Shown one piece after another: positions 1 to 13,855 of a stretch of DNA of 64,000 bases. The DNA is from Octopus vulgaris. Its lineage: Eukaryota. Made by a program: the position numbers and the translations under genes. Position 1 is the stretch's first letter. Each line of letters begins with the position of its first letter. Location of the stretch: the NCBI GenBank assembly GCA_951406725.2, contig OX597814.1, positions 209,436,001 through 209,500,000 of the forward strand, read 5' to 3'. The notes beneath the pieces are model-generated. The model saw only the letters and a program-made list of their open reading frames with translations. It did no database searches and was not told the origin of the DNA.

Positions 1-572
1 CTGTTCGGCGCCTAGTGTTGGTACTTTTCATACTGCCACCAGCATACAGTCAAGGCGGCGCTGCATTCCGCCACGTTCGGATGGTGCTTTTTACGTGCTG
101 AAAGGAAGCAACAGAAACTGTAACAAACACGTTTGATAAAACCTCATTTAGTTCGAATAGTGACGTCACGATCCGCCTCCATACAAACATTTTCCAATTA
201 TACAAATTGCCAAATTTCCATAGAAGCTTTTTGTATTAATGAATGGATTGTAATGTCTAAGTATCCATCACTTTACAAATTATTCAGAAGATATAAGAAT
301 ATTTTGACAACTTCAAATCTGGCGCCATTCACAATGATTTTTGGCTCAATGTTGCACTGGAATGAATATTACTGAGAACCGACTCGTTATTACTTGTACG
401 TCTTTCTCAACGTTAGCAACACTATCAGCAGTTCTCGGTTCAATATTTCGAACCGCTCAGACTTGCTGTTAAATATTTCATCATTCGGTACTTGCAGCTC
501 GAATTTTCCCAACAACTAGTTTGTAACAAAATGTCACATTCGGGACTATAATAATAGATTACAAATAACTAA

Positions 573-621
<49 letters not shown>

Positions 622-2762
622 TAATACCAATTATAATAATTTTAATTATATATAATTTAGGCCTAAGTTTAATCCCTTTAACATGTTATATCTTGGGTGG
701 AAGTTGTTATAGACAGCTTGACTGAAATGCGGGCAGAGTTGAGTAATAATAAACCATACATGCGATTCCATTCCCTGAGTAACCAAACACACAACGGGTT
801 TCCTGTTGCATTCCAACTCTTGCATTAAAAGCAGCAAGAATTATCATCTTTCCGTGCTTTGGGGGTGACAAAATGGCGGTACGAAGAGATTTGTAGAATT
901 ATATAATAGAATCATTGCTAGTTATGGAGGTTGAAAGATAAATGCAGAAAAAATACATAAGGTCCACATAAGAATGAAAATTGGAAATTCATAATGCCAT
1001 CAGCTATACTGCATGGATGCTCTATTTGATGAAATAAAGTTGTTTGGATTGTAAAAGGAACACTGTTGTTTCTCCTTTTGCTCATTTGTGTTCGACTCAA
1101 AATAATAAGAAATCAAAACATACATCACTGAGTTAATTCTTATCTGAAAGTTTCATTTGAAAGGGTATTACTGTGTCTAACAGGCGACTTTTGTCGCACA
1201 TTCTTCTTTAGCATCCTCCCAACAAACGTTGTGAACAATGCTTACGTGCTAAACAAGACTGTTTAGATGCAAGAATCGTCACTGAAAATCTGTTTTTGTT
1301 TATGAAAAAATGTTATGTGAAGAATCCTTTCACCTTTTCGCAGTTTCATGACTAAGTGCTTCTAACTAGTTAAGCCTGAACACGTCGCCACAGCATCACC
1401 ACAACACACTGGATAGAAACCAAAGTATGTAGTGATGAGAGATATGTACAAAATATCTGAAGCTGTTTCAACTGCAAGATTTATGCATCAGTGGACCTTG
1501 TCTTAGACGTTTCTACGAAAATAATACTAACAGGTCAGTAGATGTCTGGTTTTGGAGTTTTTCATCTCCAAGTGGCTCTACTGTGCGTCAAGACACGAAT
1601 CTGAATATTTCTACGTACCTGTGCTAACATTTATACGTACAAACATATAAAACTATATTACAACAATACAAAGGCATACGTTATGCTTTCTGATAGTAAT
1701 CAAATTCGAATGCTTACCTTCTTCGTCTTAGAAACGAAGTCATATATTGGATATATTCTTGTATTCTTAATTATGATTGCACTCTAATTCATACACTGAC
1801 AATTACAAAGCCATATAAACAACAAGCAGTATTTTTATATGTCTATGTCGTTGTGGATGTACGTTTTAGACACGTTATTACAGGTTAGACTGGGAGATAT
1901 TTTCATGATTTTCATCAAAACGTGTCTGTCTTGATTCGTTGCTAAATTTCATTTACATACAATAGAAATTTAGTTCAAAGTTTTATTCTTCATTCATTAA
2001 CGTTTGGAACCCACTACCATAAAAAATAACATTAAAAATATCTGTAATTTAGAGAAACCTTTGAAGTCTTTTGAAGTTGTAAATTATTCCTAATAAACCA
2101 ACATTTCATTGAAGATTATTACTAAAACAGAGAAAAGAAAAATATGAAACCATAAACAGTAGTAACAATAAGCTATAATGGAGTAGGCAAAAAATCCAAA
2201 TAAAAAAAAATAACAAGACAAATGTTATTGTAGAATTATGAAAATATTTAAGTTCTAAAGAAAATGTTTTATATTTTACTACGTTGATTGTTTCTCTGTC
2301 TCTTTAAATAAAAATTAATAAAAATTCAAGTCTTCCATTGAAGCGAGTTTGTGCCTGGATAATGTAGACATTAATACGATAAGTAAATTGTGGTAAATTT
2401 TTGAAAAACCACAAATTAAATGGATAGGAATTTAAATTTCAAAGAAAAAAAGTTTAATTGTTATTTTGTCTCTCAACAATATATAGTTTTGCATTGAATA
2501 TCCTTGAGGAAATGATTAATTATTTGATATTATCGCGGAGACAGTGTTTGAATTGCAAAAAGATAAAGAAAATATATTATAAGAAAATTTGGAATCCTGT
2601 AGTTTCATATGTATTAGTGATTAGTATAATTACCAAAGAAATTTTATGCTTCACGTATGCTTTCCGTTTGTGTTTTGTTATAATTTCGGTTTTTCCCTTG
2701 ATCATTCTGTACTGTAGAAGCGAAGATAGCGTAAAACTCAAGCCTCTGGGCTTTCGCATCTA

Positions 2763-3175
2763 TTACTCTTTTACTCTTTTACTTGTTTCAGTCATTTGAC
2801 TGCGGCCATGCTGGAGCACCGCCTTTAGTCGAGCAACTCGACCCTGGGACTTATTCTTTTGTAAGCCCAGTACTTATTCTATCGGTCTCTTTTGCCGAAC
2901 CGCTAAGTAACGGGGACATAAACACACCAGCATCGGTTGTCAAGCAATGCTAGGGGACAAACACAGACACACAAACACACACACGCATGTATATATATAT
3001 ATACATATATACGACGGGCTTCTTTCAGTTTCCGTCTACCAAATCCACTCACAAGGGTTTGGTCGGCCCGAGGCTATAGTAGAAAACACTTGCCAAAGGT
3101 GCCACGCAGTGGGACTGAACCCGGAACCATGTAGTTGGTAGACAAGCTACTTACCACACAGCCACTCCTGCACCT
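2763..3175 (-). mobile_element. tRNA-derived CORE-type SINE (family A), full length
   Basis: Minus strand starts AGGTGCAGGAGTGGCTGTGTGG (A box) ... GGTTCAGTCCC (B box), then CORE-like TTTGGCAAGTGTTTTCTACTATAGCCTCGGGCCGACC, an internal (TA)/(TG) tract and a (AAGAGTA)n tail. Homologous copies at 3290, 38758 and 42336. Confidence 0.9.
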
Positions 3176-3289
3176 ATGCTTTCCATTTGTGCTTTGTTAT
3201 ATTTCGGTTTTTTCCTCGATCATTCTGTACTGTAGAAGCGAAGATAGCGTAAAACTCAAGCCTCTGGGCTTTCGCATCTATTACTCTAT

Positions 3290-3686
3290 ACTATTTTTAC
3301 TCTTTTACTTGTTTCAGTCATTTGACTGCGGTCATGCTGGAGCACCGCCTTTAGTTGGGCAGGACTTATTCGACCCCAGGACTTATTCTTTGGAAGCCTA
3401 ATACTTATTCCATCGGTTCTTTTGCGGAACTTCTAAGTTACGGGGACGTAAACACACCACCGTCGGGGACAAACACAGACACACAAACATACACACACAT
3501 CACACACACAGACACACACACCCATACGTATATACGACGGGCTTCTTTCAGTTTCCGTTTACCAAATCCACTCACAACGCTTTGGTCGACCCGAGGCTAT
3601 AGTAGAAGACACTTGCCCAAGGTGCCACGCAGTGGGAATGAATCTAGAACCATGTGGTTGGTTAGTAAGTAAGCTACTTACCACAC
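3290..3686 (-). mobile_element. Family A SINE, older copy, slightly 5'-clipped
   Basis: Colinear with 2763-3175 but has an internal deletion and many substitutions. Confidence 0.85.
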
Positions 3687-6025
3687 TTTGGTTTCATTTC
3701 GGCTTGTAACTATTTTATTTCACTTATGTTGCTAATACTGTTTAGAACAGAGGTTTTGTGTTTATTTTACGATTCATCAATAACTTTGCATGGGCTAAGC
3801 TCAACCATAATATCTGGTACTTATAAAACTAAACGAATATTAAAACTTCCTTTCCCACTCATCAAACGTCAGTTCACATGATCATTCATTAACGGATACA
3901 AAATGATAGGTAAGAGTACTCAAGAACTTCTTTGTAGCTATCAACCATAAACAATCAACAGTTACATATAACATGATTTCTCACAATTTATGATAAATTG
4001 TATTCGGTTTAAAACAACTTATACCGTTTATTTTGTCGTGGAAAAATTACAGGATTCCAGTGTTGGCAATATACTATGCATCTTACAAAGGGGTATGCAA
4101 GAAGACCACTATTTTAGGCAAGAATAGATTTCCATTCGGTCATAATGATTCAGAGACAAGAACACACTTTAACCTAAAATTTACTTATATCACACTGAAT
4201 CTAAAGGCATACTGAAGAACCAAAATAATTTTTCCTGTATATGTTTTGTAAGCAAAGACGTGTCGCAAAACAAAACGTTATCGCACACTATGGTTTTGGA
4301 CAAATTGTCATTATCTTCACTACTAAATTGTAATAGAAAAGGCACGGAGCAGAATCAGAAGAGAAAACTAAATTGAGAAGTCATCGTCGAGATGTTAGGT
4401 CTGAAATTCGGTGGTTAAAATTCGACAAGAATAAGAAAAGCATAATATATATCTTGCATGCTTAATCCGTTTTGTGTTTCATTGATGTAAAAGTGATCAC
4501 TTGCAATTATTTTCATATCACGGAGTAAGTATTCAGTTTAGGATTCACGTGAAACCATTATGACTTTCTGTCCTTATAGCTACATCAGTCAATTAAATTG
4601 TTAACCGTTTGTCTAGCAACTAAAATTAACATTTACATATTGTTTGATAATTGCTTCAGTGTTTTAGATTCTATCAGTCTCTAAAAGATGCCTACAAGAG
4701 AAAGATATATCTCAAAATTAGACACCCAAAGAATAAAATGTTACAAGATCTGGATATTTATAAGCAAATGGGACAAAAATAGAAATAAACGAATTCAATA
4801 TCTATATTACGTTCTATCTATCCAATGAGGTAAAATAGTAAGTTAGTAATTAGATAAAAAGAACAGTGAGAGAATTTGCTGATTTTCAAGCCACGTACTG
4901 CAATAATTGTTATTATAACCAGAGAAACGCTACTCAATCGCATTATGTATGTGGAACCGTCAAAAGCAAGTCTATCACTCTTCTCTGCCATTACATTATA
5001 TATGTTTCGCAATTAAGACTAACAAACTTATTCATGTAAAAACATCATTGCATTGTATTAAGTCTGATAACGTTTCGAGAATTTTATAAAAATCAAAGAA
5101 AAATGTAAAATACAACGAAATAAAAGAGAAAAGAAATTTGAAAATTATAATGTAGTGTTTTCTAATTAATTCAAGTATATTAATTTTCTGAAATGAAACT
5201 AAAATGAAATTTTATTAATTTCTTATTATTTGATATTTCAAGAATGTGACTACGAAGAGTTAAGTGATTAAAAGTAAAACAAAAAAGCAATTAAAAAACA
5301 AACAAAAAATATACAACAATATCTTTAAAACAGAAAAAATACAAATATGAAGACAACCAGTATAAAACAATTCTGTGACTCCTAAAACTTTAAGATTCGT
5401 TAAATGATGTAGATTTAACATTATGAATGGTGAATAATAAATAAATTCTTATTAGAGAATTGAAATTATATTTTGGAGACGACAGTTGTTTTTGTGGCTG
5501 CTCTCTAATTTAATGTTTTTACTTAAGGGTTAATCTGAAGAAGTTAAATTATACAAAGAACTCAGAACTATTAAATACATGGAATTATTAAGAAAAGAAG
5601 ACATATTTACTTCCAATGACTTTTTATTGAGTTAGCTCGTAGGCAGGAAGACATTTCATAAATGCACTCGACGTATTTGTTTCAGATACTTTATAATTTA
5701 AAATTATGCATATATAATACTTAAAGTCTGATTACACTACCAATTAGTGAATATAAAACGCAGATGGACCAGGCGTTTCACAGTGAATGCCAGATATTTC
5801 TATTGAGAAGAAGTGGTCAAATGTCTGCATTCTTGATAATTATTATTGTGAATAATACAGTTTCTAACAAATTAAATGTAACATAACATTGAGGAATGAA
5901 GAGTGAGGCATAGCAAAAGAGATTCGAAGGATGATAAAGCAAACTTTTCTGATAACTGCAAGTATACTAATTTTCTGAAATAAAACAGAAATTATTTTCT
6001 TTCTTCAAAAGTTTGTACTGAATTC

Positions 6026-6361
6026 CGTTTTAGAGACCAGCTCAAATTGACCTTGGCTCAAGCTAACATCCAGCCATTCTCATGCGAACAGATTGCCGTG
6101 GATAGAACAGCCTGGAGGACTGCTATCCGCAATGGAGCCAGCTCCTTCGAGCAGAACAGATAACAGGATGATGAGGTAAAACGCAGGAGAAGAAAGGAGC
6201 GTCTTCGACATCTTCGACTTGCACCGACCATCCTGTGCGAGTTCTGCCCACGACTCTTTCACCACCGACTTGGACTCAAAAGTCACTTTCGACACAAACA
6301 TCAGCCGAGGAGACTGAATGGGAATTGACGAACCCAGTGCTCGTGTACGAGCAGGAGCCGA

Positions 6362-6450
<89 letters not shown>
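6026..6450 (+). mobile_element. 5'-truncated RTE (BovB-like) LINE 3' end with C2H2 finger, 3' UTR hairpin and adjoining (TA)n
   Basis: 6026-6328 translates RFRDQLKLTL...AVDRTAWRTAIRNGASSFEQNR*...CEFCPRLFHHRLGLKSHFRHKH, the typical RTE ORF C-terminus, with one internal stop. UTR stem TGCTCGT-GT-ACGAGCA precedes (TA)n. Confidence 0.8.
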
Positions 6451-6455
<5 letters not shown>

Positions 6456-6670
6456 TTTTGCAAAAAACAATGTAATTTTCTTTTTTCCCCCTCCTCAATT
6501 ATAAAAAAAATTTCTTTTCATCTTACAATTCTTGAAAAGTCGCATTGCGACGAAAACCGGTTTGAATTAAGATATATATATTTTTTTTAATTTAAAAAAA
6601 TTTCCATACACCAATTTTCATTCAAATTTACCTTCAATTTAGCATTGTGCCTTTTTATAATTTTTCCTTG

Positions 6671-6711
<41 letters not shown>

Positions 6712-6716
<5 letters not shown>

Positions 6717-6869
6717 TAAAAACGGTAAGATAACAAAAGAAAGATACCTCAATATTATGTAAATAGAGGAAATTTATCTGTAAAATAATATGTGACAATT
6801 ATTCAATAGCCAAGATAAAACTCTGAGTTTCGGATGCCGAGGTGGAAATCCACAACACCATCTCTTCGG
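6712..6869 (-). mobile_element. PLE pseudo-LTR-like fragment with truncated hammerhead remnant
   Basis: Abuts (TA)n. Minus strand reads CCGAAGA-GATG...CATCC-GAAA-CTCAGAG-TT; the 5' strand of stem I is missing. The same family occurs in opposite orientation at 39030-39115. Confidence 0.55.
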
Positions 6870-7047
6870 CCGTTCCGAAGGACTCCTTTAATTGATCCCT
6901 GAAAGCATTACAACATTACAAAGAAAACCGTTCTCATCAGATTACCGCATAGACTTCAAGCATAGAGGACAAGTTAAATACTTAAAGATATATCATAAAC
7001 AGAGAGCTAAATTTTGTGGCAGAAAGAAAAAAGGACAGTACATATTA

Positions 7048-7237
7048 TACATGTTTCGTAAGGTGATGTGTGCAAATGCAAGCATTGCGAAATAGACTTT
7101 ATCTCAGATTTTCATTGCCTTGTCAACAGACATACACACATCCTATCTAACAGTTAATATGAAAATCTGAGATAAAAATAATAAAGTCTCTTTCGCAATG
7201 CTTGCATTTGTACACATCAACTTACGAAATACATGTA
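7048..7237. repeat. Foldback/MITE-like inverted repeat
   Basis: Arms 7048-7115 and 7159-7237 are near-perfect reverse complements with outer ends TACATGT/ACATGTA and a 43-bp spacer. Confidence 0.8.
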
Positions 7238-7713
7238 GAAAATAAAATCTCCTCCTTCATATGCGAACGAAAATATGCCGTAATCCAAAAAGAAATAGAA
7301 ATCTTCTGCAATGAGAAAACAAACATATTTCTGACGAAAAAAAGAAGTGTTGTGTTATGGAAGTTAGCTGTTCTATAAATAAGAATTTAATTTAAATGTA
7401 GTTTGAAAGAGGAAGTTTAGACAACTATTTCAAGATAAAGTATCTGTTACTCCGATAATGAATTCAGAACAAGTCTAATCATTGAAACGGTAATTCATTT
7501 TTCTAATTATTTGTAATATTTTTGTGAACCAAATCATCGTCGGTTACATATTTCTAAGTAATCGTTCAATGACTTTATGATGACAGGAGTGATAAGGAAG
7601 CGTCTGTACAGCTCAGACTGAACGAGTACCACACACTGTGTTTTTCTTCACAGCCATCCATTTATTTGTTTCATCCTCAATATTTACACATTTCGACGCC
7701 ATAACAACAATAT

Positions 7714-7950
7714 GTACTTCTTTACTACCCACAAGAGGCCAAACACATAGAGGACAAACAAGGACAGACAAACGGATTAAGTCGATTACATCGACCCCAG
7801 TGTGTAACTGGTACTTATTTAATCGACTCCGAAAGGATGGAAGGCAAAGTTGACCTCGGCGGAATTTGAACTCAGAACGTAACGGCAGACGAAATACCGC
7901 TAAGCATTTCGCCCGGCCTGCTACCGGTTCTGCCAACTCGCCGCCTTAAA
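7714..7950 (-). mobile_element. tRNA-derived Meta-type SINE (family B)
   Basis: A box TGGCAGAA, B box GAGTTCAAATTCC, Meta-like GTCAACTTTGCCTTCCATCCTTTCGGAGTCGA...AAGTACC. 14-bp TSD CATAACAACAATAT (7700-7713, 7951-7964). Confidence 0.9.
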
Positions 7951-8403
7951 CATAACAACAATATAGTCGAATAGTTAATAAATTTGCTTCACAAACACGA
8001 TGTATCGGGATCGAACCCGTTGCATGGGGTCTTGGAGAAGTACAGTTTTCTATAGCTTCAAGTCACCCCATACTTTTTGGATGGAATTGTATACAAGTCC
8101 GTCGGCTGTATTTTTATCTGTAATTCAAAAATAAAGCCTTGTCACACACTATTATTTTAATCCTGTATGATAATTGCGCTAAGGGTACACGTGTTTGTGG
8201 AATACTCAGCCACCCATACATTATTTCAACGATTGCCATCCATCCATCCATCCATCCATCCAGCCAGTCATCCCTTCCTCTCTCTATCCATCCAGACAAT
8301 CAATAAATCGATCCAGGGATCCATCGGAGAAGCATATACGTACAAACATATATTTAACCATCTAGTTGGACATACGCATAAAGGATATCATATTAAAGAC
8401 GTA

Positions 8404-9583
8404 CGAGGGTTGTCTGAACAGTTACTAGGTTAACAATAAAGGAATTATGTTAGAGCTGTGAAATCTTGCATTCATTAGTTTCAGAACTTATTATTAATAA
8501 CAGCACTGTGTCTTTTCCAAGTAAACTGACGTCTCATTGTTCAAAGAAGACTTCTCAAACATCTAGCAGGGACTTGAAAATAGACAAAATTTGGTATCAT
8601 GTTGTTATCAAGTTCTTGCAGAAAAAGGCTTCATCCCCCAAGGACATTCATGCTGACATGGTTGCTACATTAAGGGATGACGTTCCAGCTTTATCAACAC
8701 TGCAAAAATGGGCAGCTGAATTTAGAAAGGGTGGAGGAGAAAACATTGATCTTCCACCGAAGAAAACATTGATCGTATTCACCACATAGTGATGGACGAC
8801 AGGCTATTGACTATAAATCAAATAACCAGTGCAATTAGTACATCCCGTAAGAGAGTTGATAATAATATGCTCAATGAATTTGACATTACGAACGGTTCTA
8901 CTAATGGTGTCGCATCTTCAGACACCTCATCAAAAGTGCACCAGGTTGATCACATCATGGGAAAAATCTGACAATGTTTCAGGCAGAGCCAGCTGGCTTC
9001 CTTGAACATTTCCTAACGCAGGATAAGTGTTGGCGTCATCACAATGAAACAATCCATGCAGTGGATAAAACCATCCTCACTTGCTCCAAAGAAGGCCAAG
9101 GTTTCATCTGCAGGGATGGTGATGGCGTTAGTATTTTGAAATGCAAAAGGTATTGTTTTTTGCGCTTATCTTCAAAAAAGGTGCCAACTTGCTGAGGCAG
9201 TTACGAGGGTTTCAAGACTAAATGCTGAGGAAAACAGACGAAAAATATTGTACACAAATCCTTGGTTACAATAACTGCTGTGTGCGTGACTGTGGCTTTG
9301 AACCGGTAGATCAGTCTCCCTATTCTCCTGATTTGGCCCCATCTGTCTGTCATTCGTTCCCCACTTGGCTGGGAACTAGTATCGCAGAGATGATGACATC
9401 ATTTCTTTTTTGACCAAAAGATGAAAGCTTCTCCACCGTTGGAATTCAAGCACTGCAACATCGATGGAAGAAATGGACCGCAAGTGAGGACTGCAAAGTG
9501 GGGAATGATTAACTATAAACATTATTTGGTCACATTCCATAAAAGTGTCTTGGCCAGCCTATGATCTTTTCAGCCGACCCTCG
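8404..9583 (+). mobile_element. Decayed mariner DNA transposon
   Basis: TIRs CGAGGGTTGTCTGAACAGTT... / ...CTTTTCAGCCGACCCTCG, with TA on the left. Fragments VIKFLQKKASSPKDIHADMVATL...QKWAAEF (HTH) and PYSPDLAPS. Many frameshifts. Confidence 0.88.
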
Positions 9584-9885
9584 TGGTTCTGTCTTGTGTA
9601 CAATCATATATCTCTCACAGAGGAGGTATGTAAGTTTATCACTATAATATTTTAGTTAAATTTCTAAAATTGACTGTAAAAAATGTTTAAGTGTTTAAAC
9701 AATGTGTGGGGATGGAGTATATGGAAAGAAGTTCTCTGAAAATAGTCTCACGAATTATTAGTTTCCGAAAAGCAATTTACCGTAATGTCTGTAAATACAA
9801 GATATTTTGTATCAAACATTTAGGAAATACTTTTGGTACTAAACACGGTTCATCATGAAGATTTTCTTCTGAGTTTCATGCGCTT

Positions 9886-10008
9886 CATCTTCTTCTTCTT
9901 TTTCTTCTTCTTCTTCTTCTTCTTCTTCTTCTTCTTCTTCTTCTTCTTCTTCTTCTTCTTCTTCTTCTTCTTCTTCTTCTTCTTCTTCTTCTTTTTCTTC
10001 TTCTTCTT
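9886..10008. repeat. (CTT)n microsatellite
   Basis: Direct reading; explains the poly-F and poly-K ORFs. Confidence 0.95.
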
Positions 10009-10278
10009 CCGTATATACAACATTTGTACTGTTCTAGAGATCATCAGATGATGCCAAATTTGCTTAAATTGTCTTTTAAACTTTTCGTTACTGTCGGATA
10101 AATTGGTGATCTATTCTTGTTTATATTTCTACAGCGATTTGATTTTTTTAAACCACTCTGAGCAAGACAAAGTTGGAAAACATTTTCAAAAGAGTAAAAA
10201 TATATAATCATTGTCTCAGACCTCCCAAACAATAGAAAATCTCTCAACGAGAGATATTCAGCAACAGTACTCCAGAGA

Positions 10279-10739
10279 AAAGATTATTTGCCAACATAAC
10301 ATGGCAGTCCTGGTTTAGAACGAATGTCGCTGTAGTTTAGATCCAGGTGACATCGTCTTCATTTGGCTATACGACACGATCTGTGTTCTTATATTTTCGA
10401 ACAAGGGCATTTAGCACCCCCACTCAGCTCAAAATATATGTGTGTCGTGATTTCCGGATTATTTCTCTTCATGAGGACAGAATAATTGTTGGAGTAGAGG
10501 TTGAACTGCCAAATTTCTGTTCGAAATATAGTTTCCAAAGTGACAACTAGTCACTGATCTATAAAATAGAAAATTATTATTTGTAAATCTCTCAACAAGT
10601 GTTTAGAGCAGAGTGCGGGTGCTGAATGCCCTTGTTCGAAAATATAAGGACGCAGCTGGAGACGATGTATCCTGGGGCTAAATTACAGCAACATTCGTCC
10701 TACACCAGGACTGCCATGTTATGTTGGCAAATAATCTTT
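10279..10739. repeat. Long inverted repeat / MITE-like element
   Basis: 10279-10430 is the reverse complement of 10606-10739 (AAGATTATTTGCCAACATAACATGGCAGTCCTGG...GAACAAGGGCATT), with one ~17-bp indel. Confidence 0.8.
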
Positions 10740-10806
10740 ACTCCCAAACAATGTTTAGAAGACGCATCATAAAGGCTGGGAGAATCTATCTATCTATCTA
10801 TTTATC

Positions 10807-10879
<73 letters not shown>

Positions 10880-11038
10880 GTCTGTCTGTCTGCCTGCGTG
10901 CGCACCTGCCTGTTTGTCTGTCTGTTTGATGTCTGATATCTGTCTGACTCTCTTCCAGTCTATTTATCTCTCTACATGTATGTATATATAAATAAGTATA
11001 TATATATGTATGTGTGTGTGTGATCTGTTTACTTGTGC

Positions 11039-11097
<59 letters not shown>

Positions 11098-11256
11098 AAT
11101 CAAGGAACGGCCATAATAGGCCATTCACCCACTAGAAATAACAGCCAAAAGCTTATCAATTCCGTAAACCAGGAGAAAATTAAAAAAACATTTACCCTGT
11201 AATTTCTTATACGATGCCCGTTTCGTTCTACAAAATTTTTTGCCACCCTATATTGA

Positions 11257-11300
<44 letters not shown>

Positions 11301-11302
<2 letters not shown>

Positions 11303-12030
11303 ATAATAATAAAAGGGTAAAATTAATTAATTAATCATCTAATTAATTAATAATAATTTTACCAAGTAGGCCTGTACGTTAAAATAACCTTTTTGGGTAA
11401 CATTATACAAATATTCTATAATTATAAGCATAATTATAATTAGGGGTCAGCGAATTGTTTCGCCACGCACCGGATTTTGAAATTGCACTTAAAATACCTT
11501 TTCCGCTATCATAAATATCTCCCAGACAGTAACATACTTTTTTTACGTAGGCAAAGAGAAAAAATAACGAATCCGCACGACTTAGATTAGCTACATACGC
11601 GTTTCGGGATTAAAGTAAAGTTATATTTTCTTATTTCACCTCATCAGTGCAGAATTTCAAATATAAATTTGAGAGTGTTAGAATTAAATATACACGCGAT
11701 CAAGCGACATCGCATAACTGATATTTAACCAGCACTTCCAAAAATATGCAGCCGAATGAGAACACGTATTCACCCCTGATAATAATTGTGCTTATAATTA
11801 TAGAATATTTGTATAATGATACCCCAAAAGGTTATTTTAACGTACCGAACTACTTGGTAAATTATTAATTATTAACTAATTAATTTTACCCTTTTATTAT
11901 TATTGAAATATAATTTACTCCCTGATCAAAAACTGCAGTTTCTGCGGGATTACTCGTAACGCACGTGGGTATTTGAGGATAAATATGACGGTAATTCTAT
12001 TTAAAATTTTACCTCATATTCTGAGGTAAC
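11301..12030. mobile_element. PLE-type pseudo-LTR remnant with inverted arms and a hammerhead motif
   Basis: 11301-11447 is the reverse complement of 11773-11905. The end motif TTAATTTTACCC...TTGAAAT.TAATT is shared with the 52-kb repeat. Left end abuts (TA)n. Confidence 0.7.
11591..11652 (-). ncRNA. Minimal type-I hammerhead ribozyme motif
   Basis: Minus strand CUGCA-CUGAUGA-GG(31 nt)CC-GAAA-CGCG-UA-UGUAG: intact core, 5-bp stem I with one G-U, palindromic CGCG in place of stem III, GUA cleavage triplet. Confidence 0.75.
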
Positions 12031-12070
12031 ACACACACACACACACACACTCATATATATCTATATATAT

Positions 12071-12351
12071 CACGTGATCACGTGACCGACCAGACCATCA
12101 GATGTTGCTACACATCGCTGGTCACAATGCGTTCGCATTGTTTTAGCCTTCGAACGACGCCACCCCGCTGGCTAAGCGAGCAGGCCAACAGAAGAAAGAG
12201 TGGTGAAAGAGTACAGCAGGGATCACCCCACCCCCTGCCGGAGCCTCGTGGAGCTTTTAGGTGTTTTCGTTCAATAAATACACACAACGTCCGGTCTGGG
12301 AATCGAAGCCGCGAGTCCGCTGCCCTAACCACTGGGCCATTGCGCCTCCAC
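12071..12351 (-). mobile_element. tRNA-derived SINE (family C head, alternative 3' end)
   Basis: GTGGAGGCGCAATGGCCCAGTGG (A box) ... TTCGATTCCC (B box). The 5' half matches the copy at 16884; the 3' half differs. Confidence 0.85.
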
Positions 12352-12839
12352 ACATATATATATATATATATTTGCCATAATAACACGCACGTACACACAC
12401 ACTCATATATTTACCATAATAACACAAACACATAGGCACACATGCACACACAACATACACATGCATAGATAAAGTCGAATATATATCCTCTAAATTCATG
12501 TGTAAAACACTATATATAACCAGTTGAAAACCTTCAAATCTCTCTGCATTCTATCTGAAATACGCAATTTATATTAAATATTTATGATATCTCTCATATG
12601 ATATTTTATTCTTTAATGTTTTGAACTAAAATATATCGCACAGTATGTGCTATACAGAAGAATTGAAGGAGAAAGTGGGATATAGTAAAGGTTAAAATCG
12701 ACTTTATTTGAAGACACGAATCCACATAATACGTATACAGTTAAACAGAGATTCATATCTTTTGATATACTAAAGCGCACACGCATGGACATATACAGAG
12801 GTACACCTGTATTCACAATCATTCAAACGAACATAATCA

Positions 12840-12917
12840 TTCGCACATATATATATATATTTATAAACTCACACACATAAATATATGCACACACACACAT
12901 ATGTATATATATAAGTG

Positions 12918-12952
<35 letters not shown>

Positions 12953-13032
12953 ATATTTATGTATGTATGTGTATGTATATATGTATATATATATATATAT
13001 ATATATACGCAGGAATTTGCATGTTTATTTAA

Positions 13033-13095
<63 letters not shown>

Positions 13096-13819
13096 TACAT
13101 ACATATATACACATTCTTTAAATCAATAATTACATAAAAAAATATATAGTACGCGTTTGAATAGTACGTCACATATAAGAAAAAAAAGTCAGATTGAGAA
13201 GACGAATATATAAAAGAATATTTCTCAAGGAGAGAAAAAAATGGAAGAAAATGTGACTATAGAACTTGGTTGAGATAGCAGGTCAGCGAACTGTTAGATC
13301 TTTTAAGGTTTACTTTGGTTTAATCCCACGTCTTCGTATTGCGTTTATCGGGAAAGCGTACGAGAAATAAAAGCTTCCCCTTAATGATACTAAAAAGTGG
13401 ATTGAGATCAATATTCTTAATCTTTGGTTTGGACTAACGGTGCTTTCATCAGTGTTTACGTTTCAATTTCTTTGGCTTAGTTTAGAAAGGGGAAGTTGAT
13501 GCTAGAGCTGGCAGAGAAATGATGAAGAGATGAGATTGTTTGAGGTAAGTAAAAGTAAAGTCTAATCGATACTACGCAAACAACCATTTGTGTTAGTGTA
13601 CATACATTACATACGGACATACACACACGCATATCTAGATGTGTACATACATGCATACACGTACGTACATTTAAACATGTATATATATATATATATATTC
13701 ATGTATCTGTATATATGTATTATGTATGCATGTATATATATATATATATACATATACATAAATGTCTTCATATGCAATATTAAATAAATACATATATATG
13801 TGTATATATATGTGTGTGA

Positions 13820-13855
<36 letters not shown>

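Noticed and set aside
13424-13455. Minus-strand CTGATGA...AAAC hammerhead-like motif
   Set aside because: GAAA is not intact and the stems do not pair.
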